NCBI GenBank assembly: GCA_036509895.1 | Contig: DATCEV010000055.1 | Span: 12,473-76,472 of the forward strand | Direction: 5' to 3' | Length of the DNA stretch: 64,000 nucleotides | Source of the DNA: Verrucomicrobiia bacterium | GTDB lineage: Bacteria; Verrucomicrobiota; Verrucomicrobiia; Limisphaerales; UBA11358 | Part shown: positions 46,194-56,036 of the stretch, one piece after another | Layout of the letters: the number at the start of each line of letters is the position of its first letter | Position numbering within the stretch: position 1 is the first letter of the stretch | Made by a program: the position numbers and the translations under genes | The notes under the pieces: generated by a model | What the model saw: the letters and a program-made list of their open reading frames with translations, nothing else | What the model was told of the DNA's origin: nothing | Database searches by the model: none

Positions 46194-46657
46194 GGAATTT
46201 TATGGGTTGGAGCTGCGGCGTCGGGCGAATCGAGTTTTGTTTTGATTTCGTCCAAAAGTTTTTTGCAATCGGAACGCTTTTCAAAAAAGAATTTTTGCTC
46301 CCGCGCATCCGTCCATTGATCCCGGTCCAAAAGTTCATACGCATCGCAGCCCAGCACGCCGCGAGTGTCATCCAACATCGCAAGATGGACGCGCATCCGC
46401 ACCCAAACGGCGTTGCCGGACCAGCCGCCGTAAGCCGCAGTATCCCAGGCGGAACCTTTTTTTTCAAAGATCAGATCACCGGTTTGCTCGTAACCGCTCG
46501 CTAAAAAAATCGCCGCCGTCATCGCGCGAATTTCATTTTCGCGAGGGCCGGAAATTTCGACGGACGCCATGTAACCGGAATTTGCCGTGTCCGTGGTTTT
46601 GCAACCGGCCAGCAGAATCAAAAAAATTCCGGCGGCCCAAAAAAGATTTTTTTTCAT
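46190..46657 (-). CDS. Lipoprotein of unknown function
   Basis: Lipobox ILLAGC. ATGA-type overlap with the downstream glycosylase start. Confidence 0.55.
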   Translation of the reverse strand: MKKNLFWAAGIFLILLAGCKTTDTANSGYMASVEISGPRENEIRAMTAAIFLASGYEQTGDLIFEKKGSAWDTAAYGGWSGNAVWVRMRVHLAMLDDTRGVLGCDAYELLDRDQWTDAREQKFFFEKRSDCKKLLDEIKTKLDSPDAAAPTHKIP

Positions 46658-46669
46658 CGGCTGAAATTT

Positions 46670-47959
46670 TTACGCCAGCGATTGAATGACCGTTTCAATT
46701 TTGGAAATGCCTTCGCCCGCTTCGTGCGGTTTCAAATTCAGCGGCGGCAACAAACGGATGACTTGCGTTCCGGCGGGAACCACCAAAACGCCGGCGGCTT
46801 GCAGCCGGTTGGTAAATTGAATCGCCGCCGATTTTTCGCTCAAAGCGAACGCGGGAATTTTTTCTTTTTCCACCAGTTCAAGTCCGAGCATGAAGCCGAG
46901 GCCGCGCGCGTTTTTGACGACGGTTGGATAAATTTCCGCCAGCCGTTTTAATTCGTCCAGCATCCACTCGCCCAGTTTGCGCGCGTTTTGATCCAATTTT
47001 TCATTTTCGATGACTTCAAAAATTTTCAGCGTCACGGCGCACGCGAGCGGCGAGCCGCCAAAAGTCGTGCCGTGCGTTCCGGCGCCAAGCAAATCCGCGA
47101 CCGGCGCGCGCAACCAAAATGCGCCGATGGGAAATCCGCCGCCGAGCGACTTGGCCATGGAAATGCCGTCGGGCAAAAAAAATTCGCCGCCAGAAACGTC
47201 TTCAAGAATTCTTTGAAAGCTCTGGAATTTTCCGGTGCGGAAATGGCCGCATTGAACGGCGTCCAGGAGCAGCAACAATTTTTTTTCGCCGCAAAGTTTT
47301 CGCAGGCCGAGCAAAAATTCTGGAGTCGCGGGCGTGACGCCGCCTTCGCCTTGCACGCCTTCAATTAAAATCGCAACGGTTGCGGACGAAATTAAATTGC
47401 GCGCGGCGTCCAAATCGTTGAACGGAAAATGCCGGAAACCCGGCGTCATCGGCTCAAAACCTTTTTTGACTTTGTCCTGACCGGTGGCGGCGATTCCCGC
47501 GAGCGTGCGTCCGTGAAAAGAATTTAGCGCCGTCAAAATTTCAAACCGGCCTTCGGCGTGGCCAAATTTGCGCGCGACTTTGAACAATCCTTCATTCGCC
47601 TCCACGCCGCTGTTGCAGAAAAAAACTTTGCCCGCGCCGATGCGTTTGACAATTTCCGCCGCGAGTTTTCCCTGCGGCTCGGTGTAATACAAATTGGAAA
47701 CGTGAATCAGTTTTTTCGATTGCTCGACGAGCGCTTCGATGATCGCGGGATGCGCGTGGCCGAGACAATTCACGGCGATGCCGCCGCCCAAATCCAAGTA
47801 GCGTTTTCCCGCCACGTCAAAAACGTAGCTGCCCGCGCCGTGACTTAACGCGAGGTCGAAGCGTCCGTAACTCGGCACGACATTTTTCGTGAACAATTCG
47901 CGGACGGACTCGAATTGATTTTGCACGAGTGGCGGCGGCGATGGGAAAATTTCTTTCAC
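46670..47959 (-). CDS. argD: Acetylornithine aminotransferase
   Basis: Class III aminotransferase. GHAHPA, LLLLDAVQCG and PLP-Lys region SMAKSLGGGFPIGA. Confidence 0.85.
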   Translation of the reverse strand: MKEIFPSPPPLVQNQFESVRELFTKNVVPSYGRFDLALSHGAGSYVFDVAGKRYLDLGGGIAVNCLGHAHPAIIEALVEQSKKLIHVSNLYYTEPQGKLAAEIVKRIGAGKVFFCNSGVEANEGLFKVARKFGHAEGRFEILTALNSFHGRTLAGIAATGQDKVKKGFEPMTPGFRHFPFNDLDAARNLISSATVAILIEGVQGEGGVTPATPEFLLGLRKLCGEKKLLLLLDAVQCGHFRTGKFQSFQRILEDVSGGEFFLPDGISMAKSLGGGFPIGAFWLRAPVADLLGAGTHGTTFGGSPLACAVTLKIFEVIENEKLDQNARKLGEWMLDELKRLAEIYPTVVKNARGLGFMLGLELVEKEKIPAFALSEKSAAIQFTNRLQAAGVLVVPAGTQVIRLLPPLNLKPHEAGEGISKIETVIQSLA

Positions 47960-47963
47960 GGCG

Positions 47964-48977
47964 TCAAGGTTTGGTCGCCAAAATCAGCGGCGAAACGGCG
48001 GGCACATTGAGCAAGCGCGGTTTGACAAATCCGGCGGCGCGCAGCCACTGGCTGATTTCTTCAAAGCTGAAGGTGTCGCCGGATTCGGTGTTGACGAGCA
48101 TGTTGACGGTGAACAGCAGCGAGACCGGCGGCGCGGTGCGTTGTTCGTTGACGAGAAATTCCATGACGGCAATCGTGCCGCCGGGCGCGAGCGCGGCGAA
48201 AACTTTTTTTAGCAACTTGCGACTGCGTTCGGCGCCTTCGCTGTGCAAAATGTGGCCGAGCGTGGCGACGTGGTGGTTTTTTCCGAAATCCGCTTTTGCC
48301 AAATCGCCGGGAATTTTTTTGAGCCGGTCGGCGACGCCGTGCCGAGCGGCAACTTTTTGCGTGATGTTCAAAACGTCCGGCCAATCCACGGCGGAGATTT
48401 GAACTTGTTTGGATTGTTCGGCCAGCGCGACTCCCCAAACGCCGGAGCCGGCGGCGATATCCAAAACGCTGACGGGATTTTTCGCCTGGGAAATTTTCAG
48501 ATGTTCGCCCAAAGTTTTTGCCGCCGCGTAACTCAACGGGAAAATGGCCTCGACAAATTCAGTAAAAAATTTGACGCCTTCCCTTTGCGCGTTGACGCGC
48601 CGGGCCGGCTTGCCGGTTTTGACGACTTGCGCCAAGTCGAGCCATTGTGGAATCAACTGCCGCGAGATGTGTTTCATAAATCCGCCATAATACGGATTTT
48701 TGCCGGAAACGAGAAACGCCGCGCTTTCGGGCGTGAGTTTGTAATGGTCGCCGCTACGCGACAAAAATTGCAGGCCGACGAGCGCATTGCAGATCATGGT
48801 GAGGCCGCGAACAGACGCGCCGGTTTTCGCGGCGAGTTGTTGCGCGGTTTTGGACGACTCATCCAGCAAATCAAAGACGCGATGTTTGACGGCGGCTTCG
48901 AGGATCAGCGGCGGCGCGTAGCCCCAGGCCAGTTGCATGATGCGTTCGGGAGTCAGTGCTCGTTTTGTTTTTTTCAT
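47964..48977 (-). CDS. SAM-dependent O-methyltransferase-like protein with an N-terminal winged-helix domain
   Basis: SAM motif VLDIAAGSGVWG. Overall COMT-like layout. Confidence 0.7.
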   Translation of the reverse strand: MKKTKRALTPERIMQLAWGYAPPLILEAAVKHRVFDLLDESSKTAQQLAAKTGASVRGLTMICNALVGLQFLSRSGDHYKLTPESAAFLVSGKNPYYGGFMKHISRQLIPQWLDLAQVVKTGKPARRVNAQREGVKFFTEFVEAIFPLSYAAAKTLGEHLKISQAKNPVSVLDIAAGSGVWGVALAEQSKQVQISAVDWPDVLNITQKVAARHGVADRLKKIPGDLAKADFGKNHHVATLGHILHSEGAERSRKLLKKVFAALAPGGTIAVMEFLVNEQRTAPPVSLLFTVNMLVNTESGDTFSFEEISQWLRAAGFVKPRLLNVPAVSPLILATKP

Positions 48978-49041
48978 AAATTTATCAATGGAATTTTTGG
49001 CAGTGTTCTAAACAAGCGGAAAAGCGCAAGGAATTTTATGG

Positions 49042-49923
49042 TTACAAAACGATTTCCGTGCCGACTCCTTTATCGGTGAAAATTTCCAGCAGCACGGAAT
49101 GCGGCACGCGGCCGTCCACAAACGAAACTTTTTCCACGCCGGATTGAATCGCGGCCACGGCGCTGTCCGCTTTGGGAATCATGCCCGCGTCAATCACGCG
49201 GGATTTTTTCAACGCGGCGACTTCGGAAATTTTCAAATGCGCGATGACGGAATCCGGTTTTTTTGGATCGCTCAAAAGGCCGGGCACGTCGCTCATGAAA
49301 ACGAGGCGTTTGGCTTTGAGCGCAATGGCGGTTTGCGCGGCGGCGACATCGGCGTTGCAATTATAAATTTTTCCATCCGCGCCGAGCGCAACCGGGCTGA
49401 TGACGGGCGTGATGCCGCGCCGAATACATTCGCGCAGCGGTTCGGTGTTGACGGCCACAACTTCGCCGACGTAGCCGAGGTCAATTTGCGCGCCGGGGTT
49501 TTCGTTGTCGTCCAGCAATAATTTTTTGCATTTGAAAATGTCCGCGCCGGAAAATCCGCGCGCTTTGCCGCCGCGCGCTTCGATGGCTTTGACAATTTCA
49601 GGATTGATTTCGCGGGACAAAACGGCGTCCACGATTTTGATCGCGGCTTCATCGGTGATGCGCTGGCCTTGAATGAATTCGGATTTGAGGCCGGCTTTTT
49701 CGAGAGCGCGCGTGATGGCTTTGCCGCCGCCGTGGACGACGACGGGATTGATTTCGACGGCTTCGAGAAAAACGAGGTCGCGCGCGACGGCGTGGCGGAT
49801 TTCCGCGTCGGGCGAGTCCATGAAGCTGCCGCCGTATTTGACGACAAAAATTTCGCCGCTGAATTTTTGGATATACGGCAGCGCTTCGAGCAGCGTCTCG
49901 GTTTTGGCGACCAAATCTTGCAC
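49042..49923 (-). CDS. argB: Acetylglutamate kinase
   Basis: FVVKYGGS, VVVHGGG and NCNADVAA. Confidence 0.9.
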   Translation of the reverse strand: MQDLVAKTETLLEALPYIQKFSGEIFVVKYGGSFMDSPDAEIRHAVARDLVFLEAVEINPVVVHGGGKAITRALEKAGLKSEFIQGQRITDEAAIKIVDAVLSREINPEIVKAIEARGGKARGFSGADIFKCKKLLLDDNENPGAQIDLGYVGEVVAVNTEPLRECIRRGITPVISPVALGADGKIYNCNADVAAAQTAIALKAKRLVFMSDVPGLLSDPKKPDSVIAHLKISEVAALKKSRVIDAGMIPKADSAVAAIQSGVEKVSFVDGRVPHSVLLEIFTDKGVGTEIVL

Positions 49924-50017
49924 GCGCTATTCGTAGAAGAATTTCGCGGAAAATGAAAGCGCGTTTGTCGCGGCGATTTCACTTTGACGGCGGCGTTAAT
50001 TTTCTTAAATTGCCGAC

Positions 50018-50422
50018 ATGTCCGAAATTGCGAAATTCGTCAACCATGGTTCCGCGAGCATCACCGCCGCGATCGCCGAAAAAGTTCTGCGCCATTTGCC
50101 GCAGTGGAAACTGGAATTCACGCAAATCCAGGCGCCGCGATTTCCGCATCTGGTGGATCAATTGGAATTTCTGGCCGACGCGGTCGAGGATGCGGTCGAA
50201 GGCGCCTATAAAGAATTGCCTTACGCGGCGGTCGGGCAGGCGGTGTTTGCGCTGCTTTACGTTCACAAAAAAATCGGCCTCATTCCCGAAAGTATTTTGG
50301 AGTTGGGCGGCGCGGATGATTCGAGCGTGGTGCGGGCAGTGTTGATCCAGAATGAGAAAGCCTTTGCGATTTATGCAGGAAAACAAGGTGTGGACTGGCA
50401 AAGAATCACCAGTCAGCCTTGA
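50018..50422 (+). CDS. Hypothetical protein
   Basis: 134-aa ORF with plausible composition. No motif recognised. Confidence 0.5.
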   Translation: MSEIAKFVNHGSASITAAIAEKVLRHLPQWKLEFTQIQAPRFPHLVDQLEFLADAVEDAVEGAYKELPYAAVGQAVFALLYVHKKIGLIPESILELGGADDSSVVRAVLIQNEKAFAIYAGKQGVDWQRITSQP

Positions 50423-50442
50423 TTTATTGATGTTTTTACTAG

Positions 50443-50470
50443 TTGACATTTGACTGTCCGCACTTATAAT
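50443..50470 (+). promoter_or_regulatory. Consensus sigma70 promoter
   Basis: TTGACA at 50443-50448, a 16-nt spacer, then TATAAT at 50465-50470, upstream of the FecR-like gene. Confidence 0.55.
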
Positions 50471-50504
50471 GTCCTCGAATAGAAGAAGTCCTATAAAAAT
50501 TGTT

Positions 50505-51350
50505 ATGAAAAATATCCAGACGACATTTTTGGCCGCTGCTTGCGGATTGGCTTTAGCCTTCACCGTTTCAGCACAGGATAAACAAGGCGTCGCCACCGTG
50601 GTGCGCGTCAAAGGCGGAGCGAGTTATTCGCTGCAAAGTGGCGCAAACGCCAAATGGATTCCTTTGGTTCCCGGAAAAGTTCTGGTCGCCGGCGCGACCA
50701 TCCGAACGGAACCGAATGGCATGGTGGATGTCGTGCTAGGCAAGACCATCCAGATGCCTCAAGCCGTCTCGACACCAGATAGAATTTCGCTGGCGCCCGA
50801 TTCTCGCGTGCGCGGCATGGTGGATTACCGCCCTTCGGTAGAGCAAAATGTGATCCGCCTGTCCGGCGGCACCACGCTTAAAATTGATACTTTGACCGTT
50901 TCCGATACGGGCGTGGATACCGTCAGCGACACCGAATTGGATTTGCAAAAAGGCCGCATTTTCGCGAGCGTCAAAAAACTCTCCGCCCAATCCAAATATC
51001 TGGTTAAAATTCCGAACGGCATTGCCGGTGTTCGCGGCACATTGTTCGGCTTGGGTGCGGACGGCTGGTGCGGCGTGATTCTAAATTCCGTCTGGCTTTC
51101 CACGGTCGGACCAAATGGCCAGGTCACCACCGTGCAAGTCAACGCCGGGCATGAATTCAACTTTAATAACGGCATCACTCTTTTGCCGCCTCAATTAGCT
51201 TTATTGTTGTCACAAATTTCCAGTTCACTGGACACATTGTATCTTCAAATTGTTCATTATGCTTACGACCGGGACACACACACTTACATTTCACCAACCA
51301 GTGGCCGTTTTTTGGGTGGAAACAATAACAATGATAACAACGCGGATTAA
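50505..51350 (+). CDS. FecR-domain secreted protein
   Basis: Signal peptide MKNIQTTFLAAACGLALAFTVSA. FecR-like block VVRVKGGASYSL..GATIRTEPNGMVDVVLG. Asn-rich tail. Confidence 0.7.
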   Translation: MKNIQTTFLAAACGLALAFTVSAQDKQGVATVVRVKGGASYSLQSGANAKWIPLVPGKVLVAGATIRTEPNGMVDVVLGKTIQMPQAVSTPDRISLAPDSRVRGMVDYRPSVEQNVIRLSGGTTLKIDTLTVSDTGVDTVSDTELDLQKGRIFASVKKLSAQSKYLVKIPNGIAGVRGTLFGLGADGWCGVILNSVWLSTVGPNGQVTTVQVNAGHEFNFNNGITLLPPQLALLLSQISSSLDTLYLQIVHYAYDRDTHTYISPTSGRFLGGNNNNDNNAD

Positions 51351-51386
51351 TAATTTCTTTTAATTCATTGTTTCAGTCATTTAGAA

Positions 51387-51420
51387 ACCCGGAGCAGCCT
51401 TGAGTTGCTCTGGGTTTTTG
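51387..51420 (+). terminator. Rho-independent terminator-like hairpin
   Basis: ACCCGGAGCA-9 nt-TGCTCTGGGT, a 10-bp stem with one G-U pair, then TTTTT. It lies 15 nt before the cyclase GTG. Confidence 0.5.
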
Positions 51421-51434
51421 TTTAATTCGACGGA

Positions 51435-53693
51435 GTGAAATTCAAATCTTTCAAGCGCACGCCCCTCGTTCTGGCGGTTTTTGTTCTGGCGCTTGTTTGC
51501 GGCCTTCGTCTGTTGCCTCTGGATTTCTTTGAGCGGTTGGAACGCATGACTTACGACTTGCGTGTTCGGACGGCCGAAAAATTTCCCGCGCCCGCCGCCA
51601 CCAACCTCGCCTTCGTTTACATGGATGAATCCAGCATTGCCGCCGTCAAAAGTGGCGCGCTCGGTTACAAATTCGGACTCTACTGGCCGCGTCAAGTTTA
51701 TGGCCGGCTCATTGAAGAACTTTCCGCGCAAGGCGCCAAAGCCGTCGCCTTCGACGTTCTGTTCGGCGAATTGCGCCCCGACCATCCGCCCGTGCAAATG
51801 GCCGACGGCAGTTTGATTGAATCCGACGAATTTTTTGCGTTGCAGGAACAGCGGGCGAAAAATGTTCTACTGGCCGTCACGCCCGACGTGATGCCGCCTG
51901 ATTTATTCACGACCAATGCGCGGGCGCTCGGCGACATTTCCACGGAAAAAGATTCCGACGGAATTTTGCGGCGCGTCAAAGCTTTCCGCATTTATCGCCG
52001 CTGGCATCCGCTGTTCAAAAAGATCGAGGCCGATCCCGACCTCGGCGTGGATCTCCGCAACGCCAGGTTCGCGCCCGGTAAAATTATTTTGCCGCAAACC
52101 GGCACGACCAACGCCATTGAAGTTCCCGTTGACGCGAAAAATAATTTTTCACTCGCCGATATTTTAGGCGACAAACTTCCGCCCGGCGTTGCGCCAAAGG
52201 CCAGGGCTTTCACCGATGAAATTATCTGGCACATGGGCATCGTGCTGGCGGCGCAGCAACTCGGACTGGATTTGAGAAAGGCTGAAATTGATCTGCCGCG
52301 CGGAAAAATTATTTTGCGCGGCGCCAACGGCATTCAACGCGTGATTCCCGTTGATCGCAACGGCTACTTTTACATTGATTGGCGGCTCAAACCGAATGAT
52401 CCGCGCCTGACGCGCGCGCCGATTGAAAGTTTGCTTTGGCAGAATCATCAGCGCTTGCTTGGACAAACGAACGGTTTGCAAAATGATTTTCGTGGCAAAT
52501 TGGTTATCGTCGGTTCCGCCGCGCAAGGCAATGATTTGACGGATCGCGGCGCGACGCCGCTGGAACGCGACACCTTACTGGTGAGCAAACATTGGAACGT
52601 CGCGAACTCTGTCATCACCGGCCGCTTCATCCGTCGCGCGCCGCTGCCCGTTGAACTCGCGCTGATCATTTTTCTCGGCGCGCTGACGGCCATTTTCACC
52701 TGGCGGCTTGGCGCTTTTGCGGCGACCGGCGCGACTTTATTATTGGCGGCAATTTATATTGCCGCCGGATTTTTTGCCTATGTGCAATTTCGCTACTGGT
52801 TGCCGCTCGTGTTTCCGATTGGCGGCGCGATTCTCATGGAACACGTCAGCCTCGTGACTTACCGCGTTGTTTTTGAAAAACGCGAACAGCGCCGCGTCAA
52901 ATCCGTTTTCTCAAAAATCGTCTCGCCGGACATCGTCAACGAATTGCTCGGCGCGGAAAAACTTTCGCTTGGCGGCGCGCGGCGCGAAGTGACCGTTTTC
53001 TTTGCCGACGTGCGCGGGTTCACGACGTTGACCGACGAGATGCAGGAAAGTTCCACGGAATTTGTCCGCGAACGGCAGCTTAATGATCAAGAAGCAGAAA
53101 TCGTTTTCGATTTGTCCGCGCGCGAAACGCTGGAGTTGGTCAATCGTTATCTGACCATTGTTGCCGATGCCGTTAAAAAACATGGCGGCACGCTTGATAA
53201 ATATATCGGCGATTGCGTCATGGCCTTTTGGAACGCGCCGGTTCTTAATGAAAAACATGCGATGGCTTGCGTGGGCGCGGCAATTGATTCGCAACGCGCC
53301 ATCCATGAATTAAACGAAGAACGCCTGGCGCAAAATCCGGCGCGCGAAAAAGAAAATCTTGAGCGCGTGGCCAGTGGATTGCCGCCGCGCCCGCCATTGC
53401 GCGCATTGCAATTGGGCACCGGCATCAATACCGGACTGGTGACCGTCGGCTTGATGGGTTCGGACGCGCATATTTTGAACTACACCGTTTTTGGCCGCGA
53501 AGTGAATCTCGCCAGCCGGCTCGAAGGCGTTTCGGGCAGCGGCCGCATCATCATCAGCGACACCACTTACAATCAGTTGCTGCGCGACGACCCGGCGCTG
53601 GCCTCGACGTGCGTCGAATTATTTCCGGTCACCGTCAAAGGCATCAAAGCCGCCGTGCGGATTTATGAAGTGCCGTGGAAAATGAATAAATAG
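51435..53693 (+). CDS. CHASE2-sensor class III adenylate/guanylate cyclase
   Basis: N-terminal TM segment, large extracytoplasmic domain, three TM segments, then cyclase motifs VTVFFADVRGFTTL and GDCVMAFWNAP. Confidence 0.85.
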   Translation: MKFKSFKRTPLVLAVFVLALVCGLRLLPLDFFERLERMTYDLRVRTAEKFPAPAATNLAFVYMDESSIAAVKSGALGYKFGLYWPRQVYGRLIEELSAQGAKAVAFDVLFGELRPDHPPVQMADGSLIESDEFFALQEQRAKNVLLAVTPDVMPPDLFTTNARALGDISTEKDSDGILRRVKAFRIYRRWHPLFKKIEADPDLGVDLRNARFAPGKIILPQTGTTNAIEVPVDAKNNFSLADILGDKLPPGVAPKARAFTDEIIWHMGIVLAAQQLGLDLRKAEIDLPRGKIILRGANGIQRVIPVDRNGYFYIDWRLKPNDPRLTRAPIESLLWQNHQRLLGQTNGLQNDFRGKLVIVGSAAQGNDLTDRGATPLERDTLLVSKHWNVANSVITGRFIRRAPLPVELALIIFLGALTAIFTWRLGAFAATGATLLLAAIYIAAGFFAYVQFRYWLPLVFPIGGAILMEHVSLVTYRVVFEKREQRRVKSVFSKIVSPDIVNELLGAEKLSLGGARREVTVFFADVRGFTTLTDEMQESSTEFVRERQLNDQEAEIVFDLSARETLELVNRYLTIVADAVKKHGGTLDKYIGDCVMAFWNAPVLNEKHAMACVGAAIDSQRAIHELNEERLAQNPAREKENLERVASGLPPRPPLRALQLGTGINTGLVTVGLMGSDAHILNYTVFGREVNLASRLEGVSGSGRIIISDTTYNQLLRDDPALASTCVELFPVTVKGIKAAVRIYEVPWKMNK

Positions 53694-53729
53694 TTTTGAA
53701 TTTTGATTTTTTAATTTTAAGTTTGAAGA

Positions 53730-54215
53730 ATGCGCACGGCGATTTATCCCGGCAGTTTTGACCCGTTGACCAACGGCCATCTGGACGTGTTGCAGCGCGC
53801 GACAAAATTGTTTGGTCGCGTCGTCGTGGCCATCGCCAAAAGCGAAAGCAAATCGCCGCTGTTCACGCCCAATGAACGGCTGGCTTTAGTAAAACAGGCC
53901 ATCGCCCATTTGCCCAACGCCGAGGCCGACAGTTTTGACGGGTTGCTCGTCGAATATGTCGTGAGCCAGAAAGCGCAGGCGATTGTGCGCGGGCTGCGCG
54001 CGGTCTCGGATTTTGAATTTGAATTTCAACTGGCGTTGATGAACCGCAATTTGAACGAAAATATCGAAACGATTTTCATGATGCCCAAGGACATTTACAC
54101 GTTCATCAGCTCGCGCATCGTCAAGGAAATCGCGCGGCTGGGCGGCGACGTGAGTCCGTTTGTGCCCGCGCACGTCCGCGATGCTTTGGAAAAAAAATTG
54201 CGGTCGCGAAAATAG
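53730..54215 (+). CDS. coaD: Phosphopantetheine adenylyltransferase
   Basis: AIYPGSFDPLTNGHLD and ISSRIVKEI. Confidence 0.9.
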   Translation: MRTAIYPGSFDPLTNGHLDVLQRATKLFGRVVVAIAKSESKSPLFTPNERLALVKQAIAHLPNAEADSFDGLLVEYVVSQKAQAIVRGLRAVSDFEFEFQLALMNRNLNENIETIFMMPKDIYTFISSRIVKEIARLGGDVSPFVPAHVRDALEKKLRSRK

Positions 54216-54264
54216 TTTTGAATTTTGGTTGAACGGATGGACCGGCTTGAAACTCAAAACTTGA

Positions 54265-54744
54265 ATGATGCTTTCGGTCAATCTTCGTCATTTGGAAAAT
54301 CGCGAAATTTGCCTGCAAGGCGAATTGACGGCGGAAGAATTGGACTTGGATACGCGCGACGAAATGATCCGCGTCGCCTCGCCGGTTCGATACGACGTTG
54401 AAATTGAAAAATTGAACGACGCGCTTTTGGTTCAGGGCGAATTGAAAGTGACCCTGGAATGCGAGTGCGTTCGCTGCCTGAAAAAGTTCACCCGCGAATT
54501 GGAATTGAAGCCGTGGACGCTGCATTTGCCGCTGGAAGGCGAGGAAAAGGTCGAAGTTGACAATGATTGCGTGGACTTGACGCCGCTCGCGCGCGAAGAT
54601 ATTCTCCTTGAGTTTCCGCAACATCCGTTGTGCAAACCGGATTGTCGCGGGTTGGAGAAAATCTCCGTGAACAAGGCCAAAACCGGGGGCGAAAACAAAG
54701 CGGTTTCGCTGAAGTGGGCGGAATTGAACAAACTGAAACTGTAA
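54265..54744 (+). CDS. yceD: YceD/DUF177 family protein
   Basis: CVRCLKKF and PLCKPDCRGL. Conserved position upstream of rpmF-plsX. Confidence 0.75.
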   Translation: MMLSVNLRHLENREICLQGELTAEELDLDTRDEMIRVASPVRYDVEIEKLNDALLVQGELKVTLECECVRCLKKFTRELELKPWTLHLPLEGEEKVEVDNDCVDLTPLAREDILLEFPQHPLCKPDCRGLEKISVNKAKTGGENKAVSLKWAELNKLKL

Positions 54745-54757
54745 TTGAATTTATTTT

Positions 54758-54946
54758 ATGGGCGTTCCAAAGCGTAAACCTTCGACGAGCCGGCAGAAAA
54801 TGCGCCGGGCTTATAACAGCGTGCTCAAGCTGCCGCAGATCGGCGTTTGTCCACAATGCGCCGCGCCGTATGTGCCGCACCGCGTTTGTCCGGCGTGCGG
54901 TTTTTATAAAGGCCGACAAGTGTTGACCGTCACGGCGGGCGCGTAA
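54758..54946 (+). CDS. rpmF: 50S ribosomal protein L32
   Basis: MGVPKRKPSTSRQKMRRA plus a CxxC...CxxC zinc ribbon. Confidence 0.9.
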   Translation: MGVPKRKPSTSRQKMRRAYNSVLKLPQIGVCPQCAAPYVPHRVCPACGFYKGRQVLTVTAGA

Positions 54947-54958
54947 ATAATTTCATAT

Positions 54959-54982
54959 CGCGGAAAATCTTCCGCGTTTTTT
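54959..54982 (+). terminator. Hairpin plus T-run between rpmF and plsX
   Basis: CGCGGAA-AATC-TTCCGCG followed by TTTTTT, 11 nt before the plsX ATG. Confidence 0.5.
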
Positions 54983-54992
54983 CGTTTCATCT

Positions 54993-56036
54993 ATGCGAAT
55001 CGCAGTGGATGTCATGGGCGGCGACCACGGTTGCGGAGTTGTCATTGCCGGCGCAAAAGCGGCGCTGGAAGCCAACAAAAAAATCACCGCCCTTTATCTC
55101 GTCGGCGATCAGGTTGCGATTCACGCGGCCTTGCCTCCTCGCGGTTTTCGCGACCATCGCGTGCGCGTCATTCACGCGAGCGAAGTGGTCACGATGGACG
55201 ACAAGCCGGTCGTCGCGCTCCGCAAAAAAAAGGATTCTTCCATTGCGCGCGCCGCCGAATTGGTTCACGACGGCGAAGCGGACGCGCTCGTTTCGCTCGG
55301 TAATACTGGCGGCATTTTTGCGGCGGCGACTTTCAAAGTCGGGCGGATTGACGGCGTGGATCGCGGCTGCATCGCCACGGTGATTCCGCGCCAGGGAAAT
55401 GAATTTGTCTTGCTGGATGCGGGCGCGAACATCGAATGCAAGCCGTTCCATCTCGCGCAATTTGCCGTGATGGGCAGTATTTATTCGCGCGAAGTGCTTG
55501 GCCGCAAAAAACCGCGCGTGGGAATTTTGAGCATTGGCCGGGAAGATTCCAAGGGCAACGAATTGACGCTCGAAGCCTTCCAACTTTGCAAAAAACTGGA
55601 CATCCATTTCATCGGCAACGTCGAGGGACACGATTTATTCAAGGATCATGTGGACGTGGTGATTTGCGACGGTTTTGTCGGCAACATTGTTTTGAAAACT
55701 TCCGAAAGCCTGGCCATCGCAATGTTTTCGATGCTCAAGCGCGAGTTGATGAGCAATGCCAAACGGCAGATCGGGGCGTTTCTGGCGAAAGACGCTTTTC
55801 ACGCGATTCGCCGGCGCATGGACCCGGAAGTTCATGGCGGCGCGCCACTGCTCGGTTTCAAAGGCATGGTTTTCAAGGCGCATGGCTCGGCGCGCGAACG
55901 CGCGGTGACCAGCGCTTTGCGTATCACCGCCGAGGCCGTGCAACATCACGTCAACCAGATCATCGCCCGCGAAATTGCGCGCGCGAATGAAAAATTAAAC
56001 GGCGGCGGTGATTCTAATTCTCCCATTTCCAAATGA
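54993..56036 (+). CDS. plsX: Phosphate acyltransferase PlsX
   Basis: IAVDVMGGDHG and GNTGG. 347 aa, in the rpmF-plsX-fabH context. Confidence 0.9.
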   Translation: MRIAVDVMGGDHGCGVVIAGAKAALEANKKITALYLVGDQVAIHAALPPRGFRDHRVRVIHASEVVTMDDKPVVALRKKKDSSIARAAELVHDGEADALVSLGNTGGIFAAATFKVGRIDGVDRGCIATVIPRQGNEFVLLDAGANIECKPFHLAQFAVMGSIYSREVLGRKKPRVGILSIGREDSKGNELTLEAFQLCKKLDIHFIGNVEGHDLFKDHVDVVICDGFVGNIVLKTSESLAIAMFSMLKRELMSNAKRQIGAFLAKDAFHAIRRRMDPEVHGGAPLLGFKGMVFKAHGSARERAVTSALRITAEAVQHHVNQIIAREIARANEKLNGGGDSNSPISK

